Shown here: positions 10,290-23,419 of the stretch, in pieces
Layout of the letters: each line of letters begins with the position of its first letter
How positions within the stretch are numbered: position 1 is the stretch's first letter
NCBI RefSeq assembly: GCF_000143415.4
Contig: NW_003314278.1
Location: forward strand, 2,128,408-2,192,407
DNA length: 64,000 bases
Direction of reading: 5' to 3'
Source of the DNA: Selaginella moellendorffii
Lineage: Eukaryota > Plantae > Lycopodiophyta
Notes under the pieces: model-generated
Seen by the model: the letters and a program-made list of their open reading frames with translations, nothing else
Database searches by the model: none
Told to the model about the DNA's origin: nothing
Position numbers and translations under genes: made by a program

Positions 10290-13200
10290 AGTGTTAGCAA
10301 CGTCTTATCGATATCTCAAACCCAAGAGACCAATCCAAAGCAAATCACAAAGAACATGTGGTATTGCGAAAAGCTATAAGCCATCAAAGAAAATAACTAA
10401 CTATCATGAAAGATCATCAATCATCCCCTCAATAAAGAGTTATATAATCATCGTCTAAAAAGGAATCCACCATCCCAAAGAATGGCAGATCATTCCATAC
10501 CAACAATAATCAAGCAAAACCTTTTGACAAGGATAATGAATTATCCTAGATGACAGTCAATCATCACCAATGATTGCTAGATGCAAATACTAACTTCAAC
10601 ATCAAAGCTAAGAGCCAAAATGCCTTCCCTAACAACTTCTAACAAATGGAACAATGAGCATAAAACTCAAAGAACCAAAAGCTTGAAAAAGCCTCTAACC
10701 AAGTCTTGCCTAATAATGATCACAAGTCTCATAGAAGCTAACTTCAATGCGAAAGAAGAAATCGTGATGCAACTCACAATATTTTCCTCAACACATCCAT
10801 AAGCCAAACTTCATAATGCTAAAGCTAATGAAGAGTATATATGCATCAATCCAAAAGCTAAGCATAACGAAGCTATGCTCAACAAGTGATCATCAAACAA
10901 TCCTCCATGAATCCATCTATAGCAAGACATAACTCACTTCATAATAAGCCCAAAAAGAATCATTAATGATCGCTATATCCCGAACTCAAATCCAGCAAGG
11001 ACTCAACATTCTAATATCGATCACTAACTCTTCCTCTCGTAGAGTTAGCATAGTCTACGACTAAATCACTTTTCAAGGAAAAGCTAAAGCTCAACCCTCT
11101 ACTAAATAATCTCCTCTAAAACACAACTAACTCAACTTGCCACTCAGTTTGTTTGAATGTCAAATAGTTGCTAACTAGCAAATGCACGAATGTTAACAAC
11201 ACAAAGCTATAGCCAAATCATCAACACTATCTTTATCAAGACTAATGAAACTCAATATCAATCTTATGGAGAGACATCTCATTTCACTTGAATCTCAATA
11301 TCAACAATGTTAATGACAAAGCATCACTTCAATGCCATCAACACCAAAACAAAGCTAAAAGAAAGCACAAGTGAATCACCACTCAAAACTCTCCAGCAAC
11401 CAAGCTAACCAAAGTCGAAGATACCTTAGTCAGTATCCGAGACCAATCCTCCAACAAAACTCAGTTACAGATAACACTTCATCAAGGAGTGATTCACCAC
11501 GTCCAAGATTCAATGAAATCCAACACTATGGACTAGATGTAACCAAATGATATCGACAGAGGTAGAGTCGACATATCAACATGGAAAAACCATATAAGTC
11601 TAACGACATGATCCTCCACAACATCATCCGGTAAAGCAAGCCCATCATTGCTAAATCATCATCGAGCGAAGCAAGTATCAACAATCTTTGGCAAAATCTA
11701 CAAGCAATCACTAATTGCAAAGCAACCAACAATCACTCTTCAACTTGTCTACACAAGACCCAAACACTAACTCATGTCATCGAGTCACATACTTGTCCAA
11801 CATGAACACAATACCCCAGGTACGAGATAAAAGTTTATAGACAAGCACAAACTAAATGACCACTCGAATCCAACTCAACCGCAATAAGCTCACTAATGCA
11901 TTTAGTCAATGGCTCTGAGCATGCCTTGAAGATGCTAGCTATGTGATCATCACTCAGTCAAAACTAAAGTGAAGACCATGAGATGGACTCATATCAGTAC
12001 ATAACCTCCTCATAGACATAGCTATAGTATGGGTACCAACATCTCAACCTCAAACAACTAAGTTGGACATCACCATCCTCAGCCAAGGCACAGGGCCACC
12101 AAGACTAAGTCAAGATCAGTGAAAGCTCACTACTCTCATAGAGTCTAAGCGAAATGCAAGGTGCAACCTACCACTGAGCATAATGCTACAAAAGAAAGCC
12201 ACAAGAGTCACCCTTCTTAGAAAAGTGCAACGGCCACCTTTCTACACCAACTCCAGACTCTATCCAACTCAATTGTCTTAGCCCCAAAAATCAGCATCCC
12301 TTTCAGGTCGCATCATACAAACTACTTACTAAGGTTTAAGCCAACCGAAGCCAACTTCAACCCCTTCAATAGTTTGTACTGGCTTACGAAAACGGAATGG
12401 TTTTCGAGCAAAGTGACCAACAGATCAGCCATTAGAAAATTCTAAGAAAATTTGTGGAAAATTTTCCATCCTAGAGAAAGAATGACTCTCAGTCCAAGAA
12501 TGCAAACTTTCAAGACTCATCCAACTTCCTTCTACTAACAACTTCACATAAGTTCACCTCAACACAAATTCTCATGATCCATCAATATGCTTAAGCATCA
12601 AACATCTTTGCCCATCTAACTGATATCCAACACTGACATCCACAAAAATGCAAAATGAATATCCAAGGTTTGATCATGAAGACCATATCTCCAGATTTCC
12701 ACATTGCACTAACACTCTTTTTCAACTATCTTCAAGATCCAATGTGAAGCCAAAACACTAACAAGAAAAATGACATGGAAAATCAAGCTCTTAAGAAAAT
12801 TCTTCATTACTCGAATCAACAATGCCACTTCCACTAACACAAGTGTTAGTGACGTTAATGCCCCAACTACACATTTTCTCCATTCAACAATTTACTCCAA
12901 GTGCTAACGGATTAACCGATGAGTTATAGCAAATGAATGCTATAACCCTTTTCCAACACCTTAATGGGCAAACTCTAGGAAACAAGGTACCTACTTAAGC
13001 TTAGCATAATGGACCACTATCGAGAATCCAGTCAAGGCTACTACAATGCTACTTTATGCAAGTAGACTAGTTTCACCATCAACCACTTTGGGGTTGATCA
13101 TCGTTTAACCAAGCAACTTCGTAAACACATTGCTCATTATCACATGGATATGATATAAATCACAATGACTTGATCATCAATCAAGCAACATTATGAGCAA

Positions 13201-14255
13201 TGCCCATGTCACTACTGCAAAGGTTTATGTGAATATCAAGTGCCAACTCGATTCAACAAAATGCAACATAAATGCCACACCCCATCAATAGAGATTTACA
13301 ACACCTAACACCACTAACTTTTGTTCACAACACGGACAAGATCATGCCACTCTCTTTCCGACCAAACTCAACATTAATCCAACACCAAGCTACTCAAGGA
13401 GCAATAACAAGGTTCCTTGGAAAAGAATTGAGCATTGCAACCCAAGTCTTCCAATAGCAAGCCTAGACAAAATGGTATAGCACTTCACTGCTATCCATCC
13501 CACAACTCACCACTTGCAAGACTATCATGTCCAACATACATCAAGGTAGGGACTCTTGATTGCATAATGTGAACACAAGCAATGAGTTAACACCTCGTTG
13601 CAAATCATCTCTCCAAGAAGAGAAAATAATTTACGTGTTTGATCCTTCGTCCCCGATGACTCTCTTTTCGGTCTCATCTTTGACCAAACCTCAATGTTGC
13701 TTTTGCACTGCCTTCAGTTCAATCCAAGAAAAGTTTATGAGAGAGCATGGCAATGACTACCTGAACCAATAGACTAATCCCTACAGTCTTGGTTGATTCA
13801 CTTGTAATCATGCCTAGGAAGGATCCACTAGTGCCGTGCTACACAGCTACAGACCAACCTATTTGCCACTCATAGCAAACCCAGGGAAGGTTTACTTTCT
13901 CCCATGGTACAAGGAACAACTCATGGAACCATTGGAACTCATGGAACCACTAATATGCTAACATTAATCCTGCCAACTCAAAGTGTAACCTCAAGCTGCT
14001 AATGTGCCTCACTCACAAGCCCAAGCACAAACTCGTGCAAACGGAACGTCTCAATCCATCTTATGAGCCCAAGAGCAAGCTCATATAATACGGTACAAAA
14101 CGGTAACCGAAACCATACCCAAGGAACGATTGTGAAGTCTTTGCACCCAAACATGTACCCATTCGGATCATCGTTTTCATCTCTACGTATGCAACGAGAC
14201 TAGTTGCCCAATCTCATTGAATAGTACTCGCTGAGACTCATTCTCTGATACCAAA
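10290..14255 (-). mobile_element. Heavily decayed LTR-retrotransposon internal region (no intact ORF)
   Basis: Ends in a tRNA-iMet PBS (TGGTATCAGAG on the minus strand, 14243-14253) abutting the LTR at 14256. Strong strand compositional skew and only fragmentary ORFs. Left boundary approximate; superfamily not resolved. Confidence 0.5.
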
Positions 14256-15357
14256 TGTAGCGCACGTGGTTTTGACCCCTTATTCTATGGTGATTTACCA
14301 TAGGATAACACCATGAAGCGGAACCTAAACCCTCTTTATGCCATGTGACACATGCCATGTGTCATATGCCACGTGTCCAAAGGACAATAGTGTGGAACCC
14401 GAGGTTCAAGGCCTTGGGCCACTGAACGAAGGAACGATGCCAAACTCCCAAGCATGGAGCCAAGGAGGGATAGAACCAAACCACAGAGCAACTTCTGAGC
14501 ATACAGCCCAAGGAGTGAAGGGACAGGAGCCCGGAGCGACTTAGAATAGTCCTGGAGTAACCAGCATCCTAATGCTAGGACCAGCACGCAAAACAAAGCC
14601 AAACGGAGTCTGGCGCTATTTCGGCATACCGGTGGCCTAACATGAGGACATGGGTACTTCACCAGCTAGCATGGAATGGAACTTGGGCTTAGACCCAAGC
14701 CAGACGTAGAACAAAGACAAGCACGCAAGCAGGAGCTACACTATACCTTAGGTTGGTCGGCCATGCTCAACCTACCCACTATCCTTACTATACATTTGGA
14801 ACCCCCCATAGGCCCCCCCCCCCCCCCCCCCCCCCTTGAGGAACACACGCTTTGGGCTTTCACCCTAAGCCTCCCTTAGTATCAGGAGAATTTGGATACG
14901 GGATGAACACCATTGTGTTCAGGCCAATCTCTATATACCGTAGATATGCCAAATGAGCAAATCTAGACACTTTTCATAAATAGCATTTGGGACCGAAATG
15001 AGACTAACACAAAGGGCATGATAGCGAGGGTGTTTAGTAGACACAGTAGGCTATCATCTAACGATATTGAGGGACTAATCTCAATACGCAAGGGTTCTTG
15101 TCAAGCCAGTGCAAGACAGAGCAAAAGAGAACTAAGAGCCAGGCCGAGTATGCTCAGCTAGAAACACATAGGAGTTCCTACCTTATGTCCATCTTGCTAA
15201 GTACAGGTGGTAAGCCCAGTAAACTAACACTTGAACAAGAGGGGCTGCTAAAGGGAACGAGCAATACCGACCTCCTGCCATCGTGGCAGTAAGGTAAGAG
15301 TGTCCGTAAGGACTAGTCGACAGGTAACTTTCGATACCCAAAGTCACATGCGCGACA
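14256..15357 (-). mobile_element. LTR (TG...CA, ~1.1 kb), 5' LTR of the decayed element; same family as 59506-60667
   Basis: TGTAGCGCA...TGCGCGACA termini; end-to-end similarity to 59506-60667; adjacent PBS. Confidence 0.85.
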
Positions 15358-15498
15358 ATTCCTACAGATATGCATAGGAGGCCAGCAAGAAAAGGTAAGG
15401 AAATTAAATTTATTGGTACCATCTCCAAGTAGAAGTAAGGTAAAATAAACTTGGCTTAAACACTTGAGTGTGAGATTTTCTTCACAAAGTATATCATT

Positions 15499-15744
15499 GT
15501 GCTTGCAAAGGAGTATATACTCAAAACAAAAGGTGGAGAGTACACAATTGTTATTCAAGACTTTTCTTTTTGCACATGTCCAGACTTTACGAAGCATGAG
15601 GAACATGGGAAGGCATATACTCCTTGCAAGCATACGTACTACATTTTCATCAACATCTTGCACCAAGATCCTAAAGTGGATATTCATATATACCAAGCAA
15701 GCCTTACTATTGCCGAGTTGCAAAAAACTTTTGGAGCTAATTAG
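15499..15744 (+). pseudogene. SWIM zinc-finger coding fragment
   Basis: YTIVIQDFSFCTCPDF...PCKHTYYIF matches the CxC-x(n)-CxH SWIM pattern. The region just upstream is interrupted by the LTR. Confidence 0.6.
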
Positions 15745-16389
15745 ACTTTCTAGAACTTTTGATGTTTATTCTCTATCAATAATATAAACTAATTATACCT
15801 TACATAATTAATTAAAATATTTTATTATTTCACTTTTCATTTCATATACTTGCGAGTGTTCTTTTTGCAATACTGCCCATAATATTCGTGAGTCTCTATT
15901 TTTGTCTTTACCATCTCAAAAAATATTTTATGGTAGTCTTTCGGGTGCATGATGTTGCAATGTGTTGTGAGAGTATATGTACCATTATAGTTTTTTTTTT
16001 TCCTTTCAAATGGTTATATGGCCTTATATAGAATCTTAGTTTAAATTTAATAATTTTAAAATTCTGACAAACCTAACATTTACTAGCTAGAAAGCACAGA
16101 GTACAAATTTAAAGAAGTGACAAGAATACTCTTTTTGCAAACATTTTATTTTATATTCAAACAAACGGCCCTATCATTACATGTAGTAAATATTTAAATT
16201 ATTAGAACAAGAAGTGTCCTTTAGAACATTTTTATCTATATAATATATAGAGAGTTATGAAATTATTAGGTTCACTATAACCTTAAAATTTTAAAGTTTA
16301 TAATATTTGTACTAAATTACAATTGAAAATTGAGCTCAACTTGTGAGCTCAACTCTTTAACTCGTGAGCTCAAGTATGGTCCACGCTCT

Positions 16390-17050
16390 TATCCTTGAAC
16401 TTAGGCAGTAGCAGCATCAACCTCCATTGGAACAAGACTATCTCCCACTTTAAGTGGAGCTAAAGAACGTGTAACAAGAAGTGGGAAACGCAATGTCTCA
16501 TAAAGTTGTGCCAAGCGATGAGCATATCAAGGGTGGCTGGAGCAAGTGCATGCACAAGTCTTACCAAATCATGATAAAATGCTGGCCATAACATTCCCAA
16601 CTTGATTGGCTCCGATATATTTGGCTCTGCATGAAGCAAGAAGCTTCAGAAACAAATGCCAAATTGCATCACTAATTCAAATAACCTTTGATGAAGATGA
16701 TGCAATTATGAAAAACATCATCACAATTGTCGATATGTCCAAATGCACATTTAAAGATATCTAGTAAAATATTCCAATTTGTATGACTAGCTACGCTCAA
16801 ACCATTGTACCATTGCAGCACTATCCTTTGAAGACATGTGGGAAATTCACACAAATGCTGTGCATCATCCCAAGAATGATATGTGGCAATTACTGTAAAG
16901 TGATCAAACCAATAATACACATCATCCCCAAGATTCCCATGGAAAACTCTAGCCAACCACAAAGGTTGGCAATAAGAGCAAGAGGAACTGTACCATATGT
17001 CATGAATACTGCCATCAATTGAGTTTGATTGTTCAATTACAACCACATAG
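16390..17050 (-). pseudogene. Decayed Ty3/Gypsy gag-like fragment (left arm of a large inverted repeat)
   Basis: CLQRIVLQWYNGL..NWNILLDIFKCAFG resembles Retrotrans_gag; LVPMEVDA (gag PMEVD motif) at ~16410-16435. Confidence 0.6.
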
Positions 17051-17164
17051 CATTGAGCAATTATACCAATTGCTACTCCAGAGTCAAAAGAGGAGAAGAC
17101 TACTACTCTACTATAAAGATGAATGAAAAGGAAAAAACAAATGAAAGAAATGGTAAAGTTGGAA

Positions 17165-17447
17165 GGAAAGCTAGATCTAGATAATGCAAAACTAGATTTA
17201 AACCAAAATCCCAAAAAGAAAGAGCAAAAGAAAAGAAATGGAAAAAGCTGAATCTAGACAATGCAAAAGCTAAATCTAAACCAAAATCCCAAAAGGAAAG
17301 AGCAAAAGAAAATAAATGAAAAAAACTAGATTTAGACCATGCAAAAGCTAAATTTAAACTAAAATCCCAAAATGAAAGAGCAAAAGAAAAGAAATGGAAA
17401 AAATTGGATCTATACAATACAAAAGCTAGATCTAAACCAAAATCTCA
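17165..17447 (+). repeat. 78-bp tandem repeat, ~3.6 copies, A-rich
   Basis: AAATG(G/A)AAAAA recurs at 17236, 17314 and 17392. Confidence 0.8.
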
Positions 17448-18649
17448 AGTTTAAACACTCCTTAAGGATAATCAAATGTGCCCCTTATCTCCACCAATAT
17501 GAGTGCATGGAATATAGAAAGAGAATATAGAAACTGTGTATATCAATTAGTCCAAAAACCTTATTTTATATACAAGATTGAAACTAAATCCGATGGCTAC
17601 CAAAATCCCACTACACTAATATTAGTATATAACATCATAACTGTACACTTGGACCACACATGGTTAATTTTATATTCTATATATTTTACTAGTATATAGA
17701 TTAGTATTAGATTGGTAAAGATTAGTATTGATTACAATTTTAGCATTAAACTTATACTAGATAAAGGAGGTTTAATACTTCCTAGTATATTATAGGAAGT
17801 TTAATACTTATACTAAAGTATGTTCTATTATATTCTTTGTAAGGAAGTATAGGAACATGTAGGTTAGTATATTAAGTATGCTATACTAATACTTCCAATA
17901 CTACCTATTCCTAGTATCTAGAGTATACTAGGAAATGTTTTATATTAAAGGAACCTTAATACTTATACTAGATAAAGGAAGTTTAATACTAAAATTTAAT
18001 TTATTCAACTCTTACAGCTTCCAGACTCTTACATTTCCTTAAAGTACTTGTTATTTTTTGGAATGCCTAATCAAACCTTTATGGCAATGGATATACCTAG
18101 AATATGCTTAAATATCATTTAGATTCATCTTGTATTTATAATTGTATAAATACAATTATAAACACTTATATATAGGAAGTGTTTGTATTTCTAAATACTT
18201 CCTAGTATATTCTACTTTACTTTACTCTTTAATAAGATTAGTCTTGTGCTTATAAATCATAAATATATTTTAGAATTATAAACTTACAATTATATTAATA
18301 AATAGAAATAATACTACTATTAAGTAAACCAAGCATTAATATTTTTAATTATTTAAATCTAAATTATCACTAATTAAAATTTCATTGAGCTAATAAATAT
18401 GTATATTTCATATATTCTCTTTCCATATTCCATACACTCACATTGGTAAAAATGAGGGGCAATTTTCATTGTCCTTAAAGAGTGTTTACGTTTAGGATTT
18501 TTTGTTTAAATCTAGCTTTTGCATTGTTTAGATCTCCCTTTCCATTTCTTTTCTTTTTTTTTTTGTCTTTTTCATTCATTTTCATAGCAAAGTAACAATC
18601 TTCTCCTCCTTTGACTTTGAAGCAGTAGTTGATGCAATTACTTGATGCT

Positions 18650-19170
18650 ATACGATTGTAATTGAACAACCAAACTTAGTTGATGGTGGCATTCATGACA
18701 CATGGTACACCTCCTTTTGTTCTTGTTGCTAATCCTTATGTCTGGTCGGAGTTCTTCCATGGGAATCCTAAGGATGATGTGTATTATTAGTTTGATTACT
18801 TCACAATGATTGTACATATAATTTTTGAGATGATGCCTGATGTTTGCATGAGTTTTTTATGTGTCTCCAAGGAACAGCACTACAGTGGTATAATGGTTTG
18901 AGTATAACCACTCGTAAGGATTGGAGTATTCTCTTGGACGTCTTCAAATGCACATTTGGACATATCGACAATTGTGATAATGCCTTCCAACACTTGCATC
19001 GTTTTTGTCAAGGGCCATTTGAGTTGGTGATGCAATTTGGCATTTGTTTTTGAAGCCTCTTACTTTGTGCGGAGCCAAATATATTAAAGCGAATCAAGTT
19101 AGGAATGTTGTAGCCAACACTTTGTCAAAATTTAGTAGGACTTAAGCATGTACTTGCTCTAACTACCCTT
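18650..19170 (+). pseudogene. Decayed Ty3/Gypsy gag-like fragment (right arm of a large inverted repeat)
   Basis: CLQGTALQWYNGLSITTRKDWSILLDVFKCTFG; inverted homolog of ~16530-17050. Confidence 0.6.
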
Positions 19171-20277
19171 AATGATGCTCTTGCAAGGTTTCCTGTTACT
19201 AACAATGGCACTATTGGCTTTGAGAATGGGGACGTTTACAGAAGGGGTTATAGACTCTAGAGAGAGGATCTCTTTCGGAGCTACAGCAGGGGCTAGAGTG
19301 GGAGTCCCAATGATCGGCAGAGTCGTGGATGAAGTCGGTCTCCTAAGCTCACGGGCGATTCCTTGACAGCTATGGAGTCGCCAACGATGGTGGCTAGGCG
19401 AGATCATTCGATCGATCAGGGACGCAAACACAGCAGCTCATTTCTTTTGAGAACCAACGGAGCGCACCAAAAGTTTGATTTTGAACCCTAAAAGCTCAAT
19501 CAACGGCTCAGATTTAGGTTCGCTTAACATATATGTATGTTTTTAGGGTTCTAGCCACAAGCTTTATTTCGTTAAAGTGGGATTTATTCAGTAAAATGGG
19601 ATTAGGTACAAATTTTCAAGTATTTGAAAATGACGTGAAATTATATATTTTTTGTCCAGGGGCTAGACATATCTGGGACATGGTGACTAGCGCAGTGACT
19701 TTATGTCCAGACTAAGTCCATCTGGTTGTATAATAAATCTCATTGTCAAGGTGAACAAGCCGAATCTGAAGCTAAAGAAGAGCGATGGCATGCGCGCACA
19801 CACTATTTGTTTGCTCATTGAGCGTGTGGTGAGCTTTCCAAGATGAACGTCATTCCTATTAGCCAAACATATAACTTAATGATGAGAACATTTAGATATT
19901 ATTCAATGTTATCTTTTTCTAACGAATCTAATTGTGAAGGTGTAGCAAGAGGCATTGCTAGTCTGGAGAAGTCATTTAACTCATTTGACCCTTAGTGTAT
20001 TTTCATGAAACTAAATAACATTCATATTATTAAGGAATTTCTCTAGTACCTTTTTTTTACGACATAGAGGCTTGCATTTCTTTCAAAGGTGATTTAGTAA
20101 AAGGCCTGAGGGCACATGCCATTCTATTTCTCAGACCGGTATTAAGATATACTAGTGCAAAGGGAAAAAGGTATTTGGTGATCAAGTAAATGGCATGAGG
20201 GCACACGCCATTATAAGCCTAAGCGCTAGTGGACACCTCCTTTTTGGTGTCACGCCTCACGCCATCACGCCATGCCA

Positions 20278-23200
20278 TCACGCCTCCTCTGATTCAGATT
20301 CGGATTGTTCACCTTGAAATAAAATACATTAAAAACTTAGTAAAGGAATATTAATGAATCTCACCTTGAACCCGGGTTATGAATGCTCTTGCTGCATCTC
20401 TTGCATGGTCTGGCAAGGTGATGGTGGCACTCTGCTTCCGCATCCAACCATGCACAACATTATCCACCGATATGCTCATGCTGGGATCCCTTGGATTCAG
20501 CACCTATCTCTTTTCTAGGCAATCCTTCGTATATCCGGAACTTGGCTTGAACCACTCCACAGTTACATTGAAGGAGTTAGTTTCCGCGTCCTCCTCTGCA
20601 TCAGTGATGCAGCGCCCCACCCATATCATTTGTTTTTTATTACTGGGTCTGACAAGCACGACCATTCCTTTGCAGACCTGTACTAGATTGAATGCTGAAT
20701 CCGGCTTCTTGTTCCTCGGCCCATAATAGTGATCCTCAACATCGTTATCTGTCACTGCATTTCCAGAGGACATTGTTCCGCTACTATCTGGTGCTCTAGG
20801 TTCTGGCCAAAAGGACTCTTCCAATTCTTCATATACAACCGGCCCATTTTGGATAGCAGATATAATCTTCTCCCAGTATTCGAGCAAAAGCTTGCACCTC
20901 TTAAAATAGGATTCTCCACCAAACACCAACCCCCTCTTCCAGAAGGCAATATGCTGTCTAATCCCGGCCACTATACTTTCCTGGTCTTTGAGTCTATCCG
21001 GGTGCATCGGCCGTGAGGAATCCTGAGGAATCATAGGTTCCCCAGTTATGGGATCTCTCTTGAAGAGTTCAATGCCATCCACTGGCAGCCACAGTGTGTC
21101 CCATTCTCTCATCTTGTACCTCATCACTAGAGCACCGTCACGCATGCTGAAATGAAACTGAAGAGGCTTGGAGTGGCCAATCAGCATTTTGGATCCGTCC
21201 CTGATGTAGCCTCTTACAAACCCCTTAAAGTCTTGAACCTCTGTCACAAGTGCAGCTTCAACAGTGCCTTTGATGCAATTTTGGAATTCATCGTAGAGTT
21301 GTGGGAGGGTGAGGACATTGGATCGCCGGAGGGACTCTGCCAGGTGACTGAACATGGCATCAACGCCTTCATGAGTGTGCCCAACCATAAGAAAGCCAAG
21401 TGTAACCGTTTCAAATATGCCTTTGGCAACAAGCATCGCCAAGTACGCGAAGACGTACATGTTTTTGTTCTCACTGCCAGCATTGTCTGTTTGGAGCAGA
21501 AGATGGGGTGGAAGGCCACATCGGCCGCAAGAACTTCCTTGAGATTTTGCTTCGTTTGGATGAGGCTGTGCATTCACCGGGCGACCAGCCTCATCGGAAT
21601 GGCATGAGGCCTCACGTGATAACCCTACAATCTGACGGCCAACATATTCACTGGGATGGCATGGGGCCCCACGCAATACTGCAAGCCTTTGCTCCTCCTC
21701 CAGCTGAACCCTGTATGGGGTTCGATCGACAAGGGCCTTATGCAAGGGTTGGCCGTTCAGCTCAGTCTGCGCACTTTGCAGAGACCTTAAGTGTTTTGCT
21801 AGGGACGCAATCATCATGTTTGCACCCCCACCACCCCATAGAGGTACAAAGAAGTTCCCATAGTTCTGGGCACCATGCCCATGAGCGATTATGCCAAACA
21901 GAGACACAGGCAGCTGCATGGATGAAGAGATTGCCTTGGGGGCAGGATTGAGTTGAGGTAAGCACGTCTTTTTCTGGTCCATTTTGTCGTGGATGATGCA
22001 GAGGTAAGAGTTAGGTCTCTCCATGGAGAGAATTCTGTTATGATAATATGCAGTCCTGCAGCTTCTCTGCTCGATGTTGTGGTCGAGCCGCCTTCTAACC
22101 AACGTCTCTCACTCTTGAGCGCTGCAAGAATTCTTCGACAAAGCCATTTTGATAGCAGTGCACTCGTCACACTTTGAAAAGCTGGAGTACTTTCCTATAC
22201 TCACATCCCTGAACCTGTTGCTCCACAATCTACTAAATCTAGATTGGCTCAGCTTCCTGTAGCCATTACTCTGGAGTTCCCAATTCACATCTTCCAATAT
22301 GGCCCCCTTGGTATACATGGAAGGGAGAACTCGTTGGGTGTCTCGTGTTCCATCTTCCAAGAGGCGGGTTTTATGTGGTTGCTGCTCGCTACATGTCTCG
22401 ACAAACCTCTTGAAGATTGCCTCTCCATATACAACATGACCCTTAGTTTTGTGTGTACCGTCGTTCCCATGGACTGCCTGTTGAACCCTTTGTTCTTCGA
22501 ACTCAGTTTTGATTCTGTAGAATGTGCTTTGAGAGACTCCATAAATGATTCTCCATGCCTTCATGCAGACCAAACCCCTCTGGAAGACCATGCCCCCCAC
22601 CTGATGTTCTGAAGCATCAACAGATGACCGTAATGCCTCATACACAAAATTGCGAGCTGCCTTCTAGGACAATGTCTTGTATCTTGCTCTCTCCTCTTCA
22701 ATAGCATCTCAATCAGCATGTTGACAGCACCTCCTCTTGCAACAAGCAACTGTCGAGACCATTCGAACCTCCATCGCCATTTTCTGCCTTTTCGGTTCGT
22801 TGCTCAGATCCCTTTGGCTGCGCTGTAGGAAGGTATACTTTCTTTTCCCATGAAGAGATGTTCTGTCATCAGTTGTAGTGGTGTTTGATTGTGAATCCTT
22901 CACATTCTCAAACACTAAATGCCTCAATTTCCACCGCACAATGCTTCCAATAGTCAGACTGTTTTCTTCTGTGTCAACAACCTTTAAAATCGCAACTCCA
23001 ATATTATCCCAGCCCAATTCTTGATTAGCAACCGCATCTCTTGGATCGACAACTGTGGCTAAGCCCTCAGCTACCACCTCCCCCTCGGGGTTGTTTAGAA
23101 ACACCTTTTCCTGAATCCATGTAGCACGGTTCTTAAGATCCACGGAGGGAACATGCGTCGCACTTGCGCTGTCCCCAACATTTGCTTTCTTCTGCAGATT

Positions 23201-23419
23201 TTTCAAGGCAACAACAACATTTACCCCGACGACCATCTCTCCTCGTTCAATAGCGACCACATTCCCATCGAAGACAGTCTCTACTGATACAGCAGCATTG
23301 CCTTCCCCAAGCCTTTGACAGTGTATAACAAAGTTCCGATCCATAGACACAAGGGTCCCTTTTGCAACTCTCTTCCCACCATTCAAAATCTAAACCTTTT
23401 CCCCAACCCTGAAGGCCAT
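20278..23419 (-). pseudogene. Transposase (~1000 aa) with five in-frame nonsense codons: two N-terminal Tnp1/En/Spm-like repeats, Cys-rich region, RNase H-fold DDE/D core, C-terminal SH3/Tudor-like beta domain
   Basis: ORFs 23386-22709, 22645-22109 and 22102-20504 are all in one frame from ATG 23419. Motifs: IIHDKMDQ, LQTDNAGSENKN, FLMVGHTHEGVDAMF. Terminal intron 20364-20313, then GEQSESESEEA*. Confidence 0.85.
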
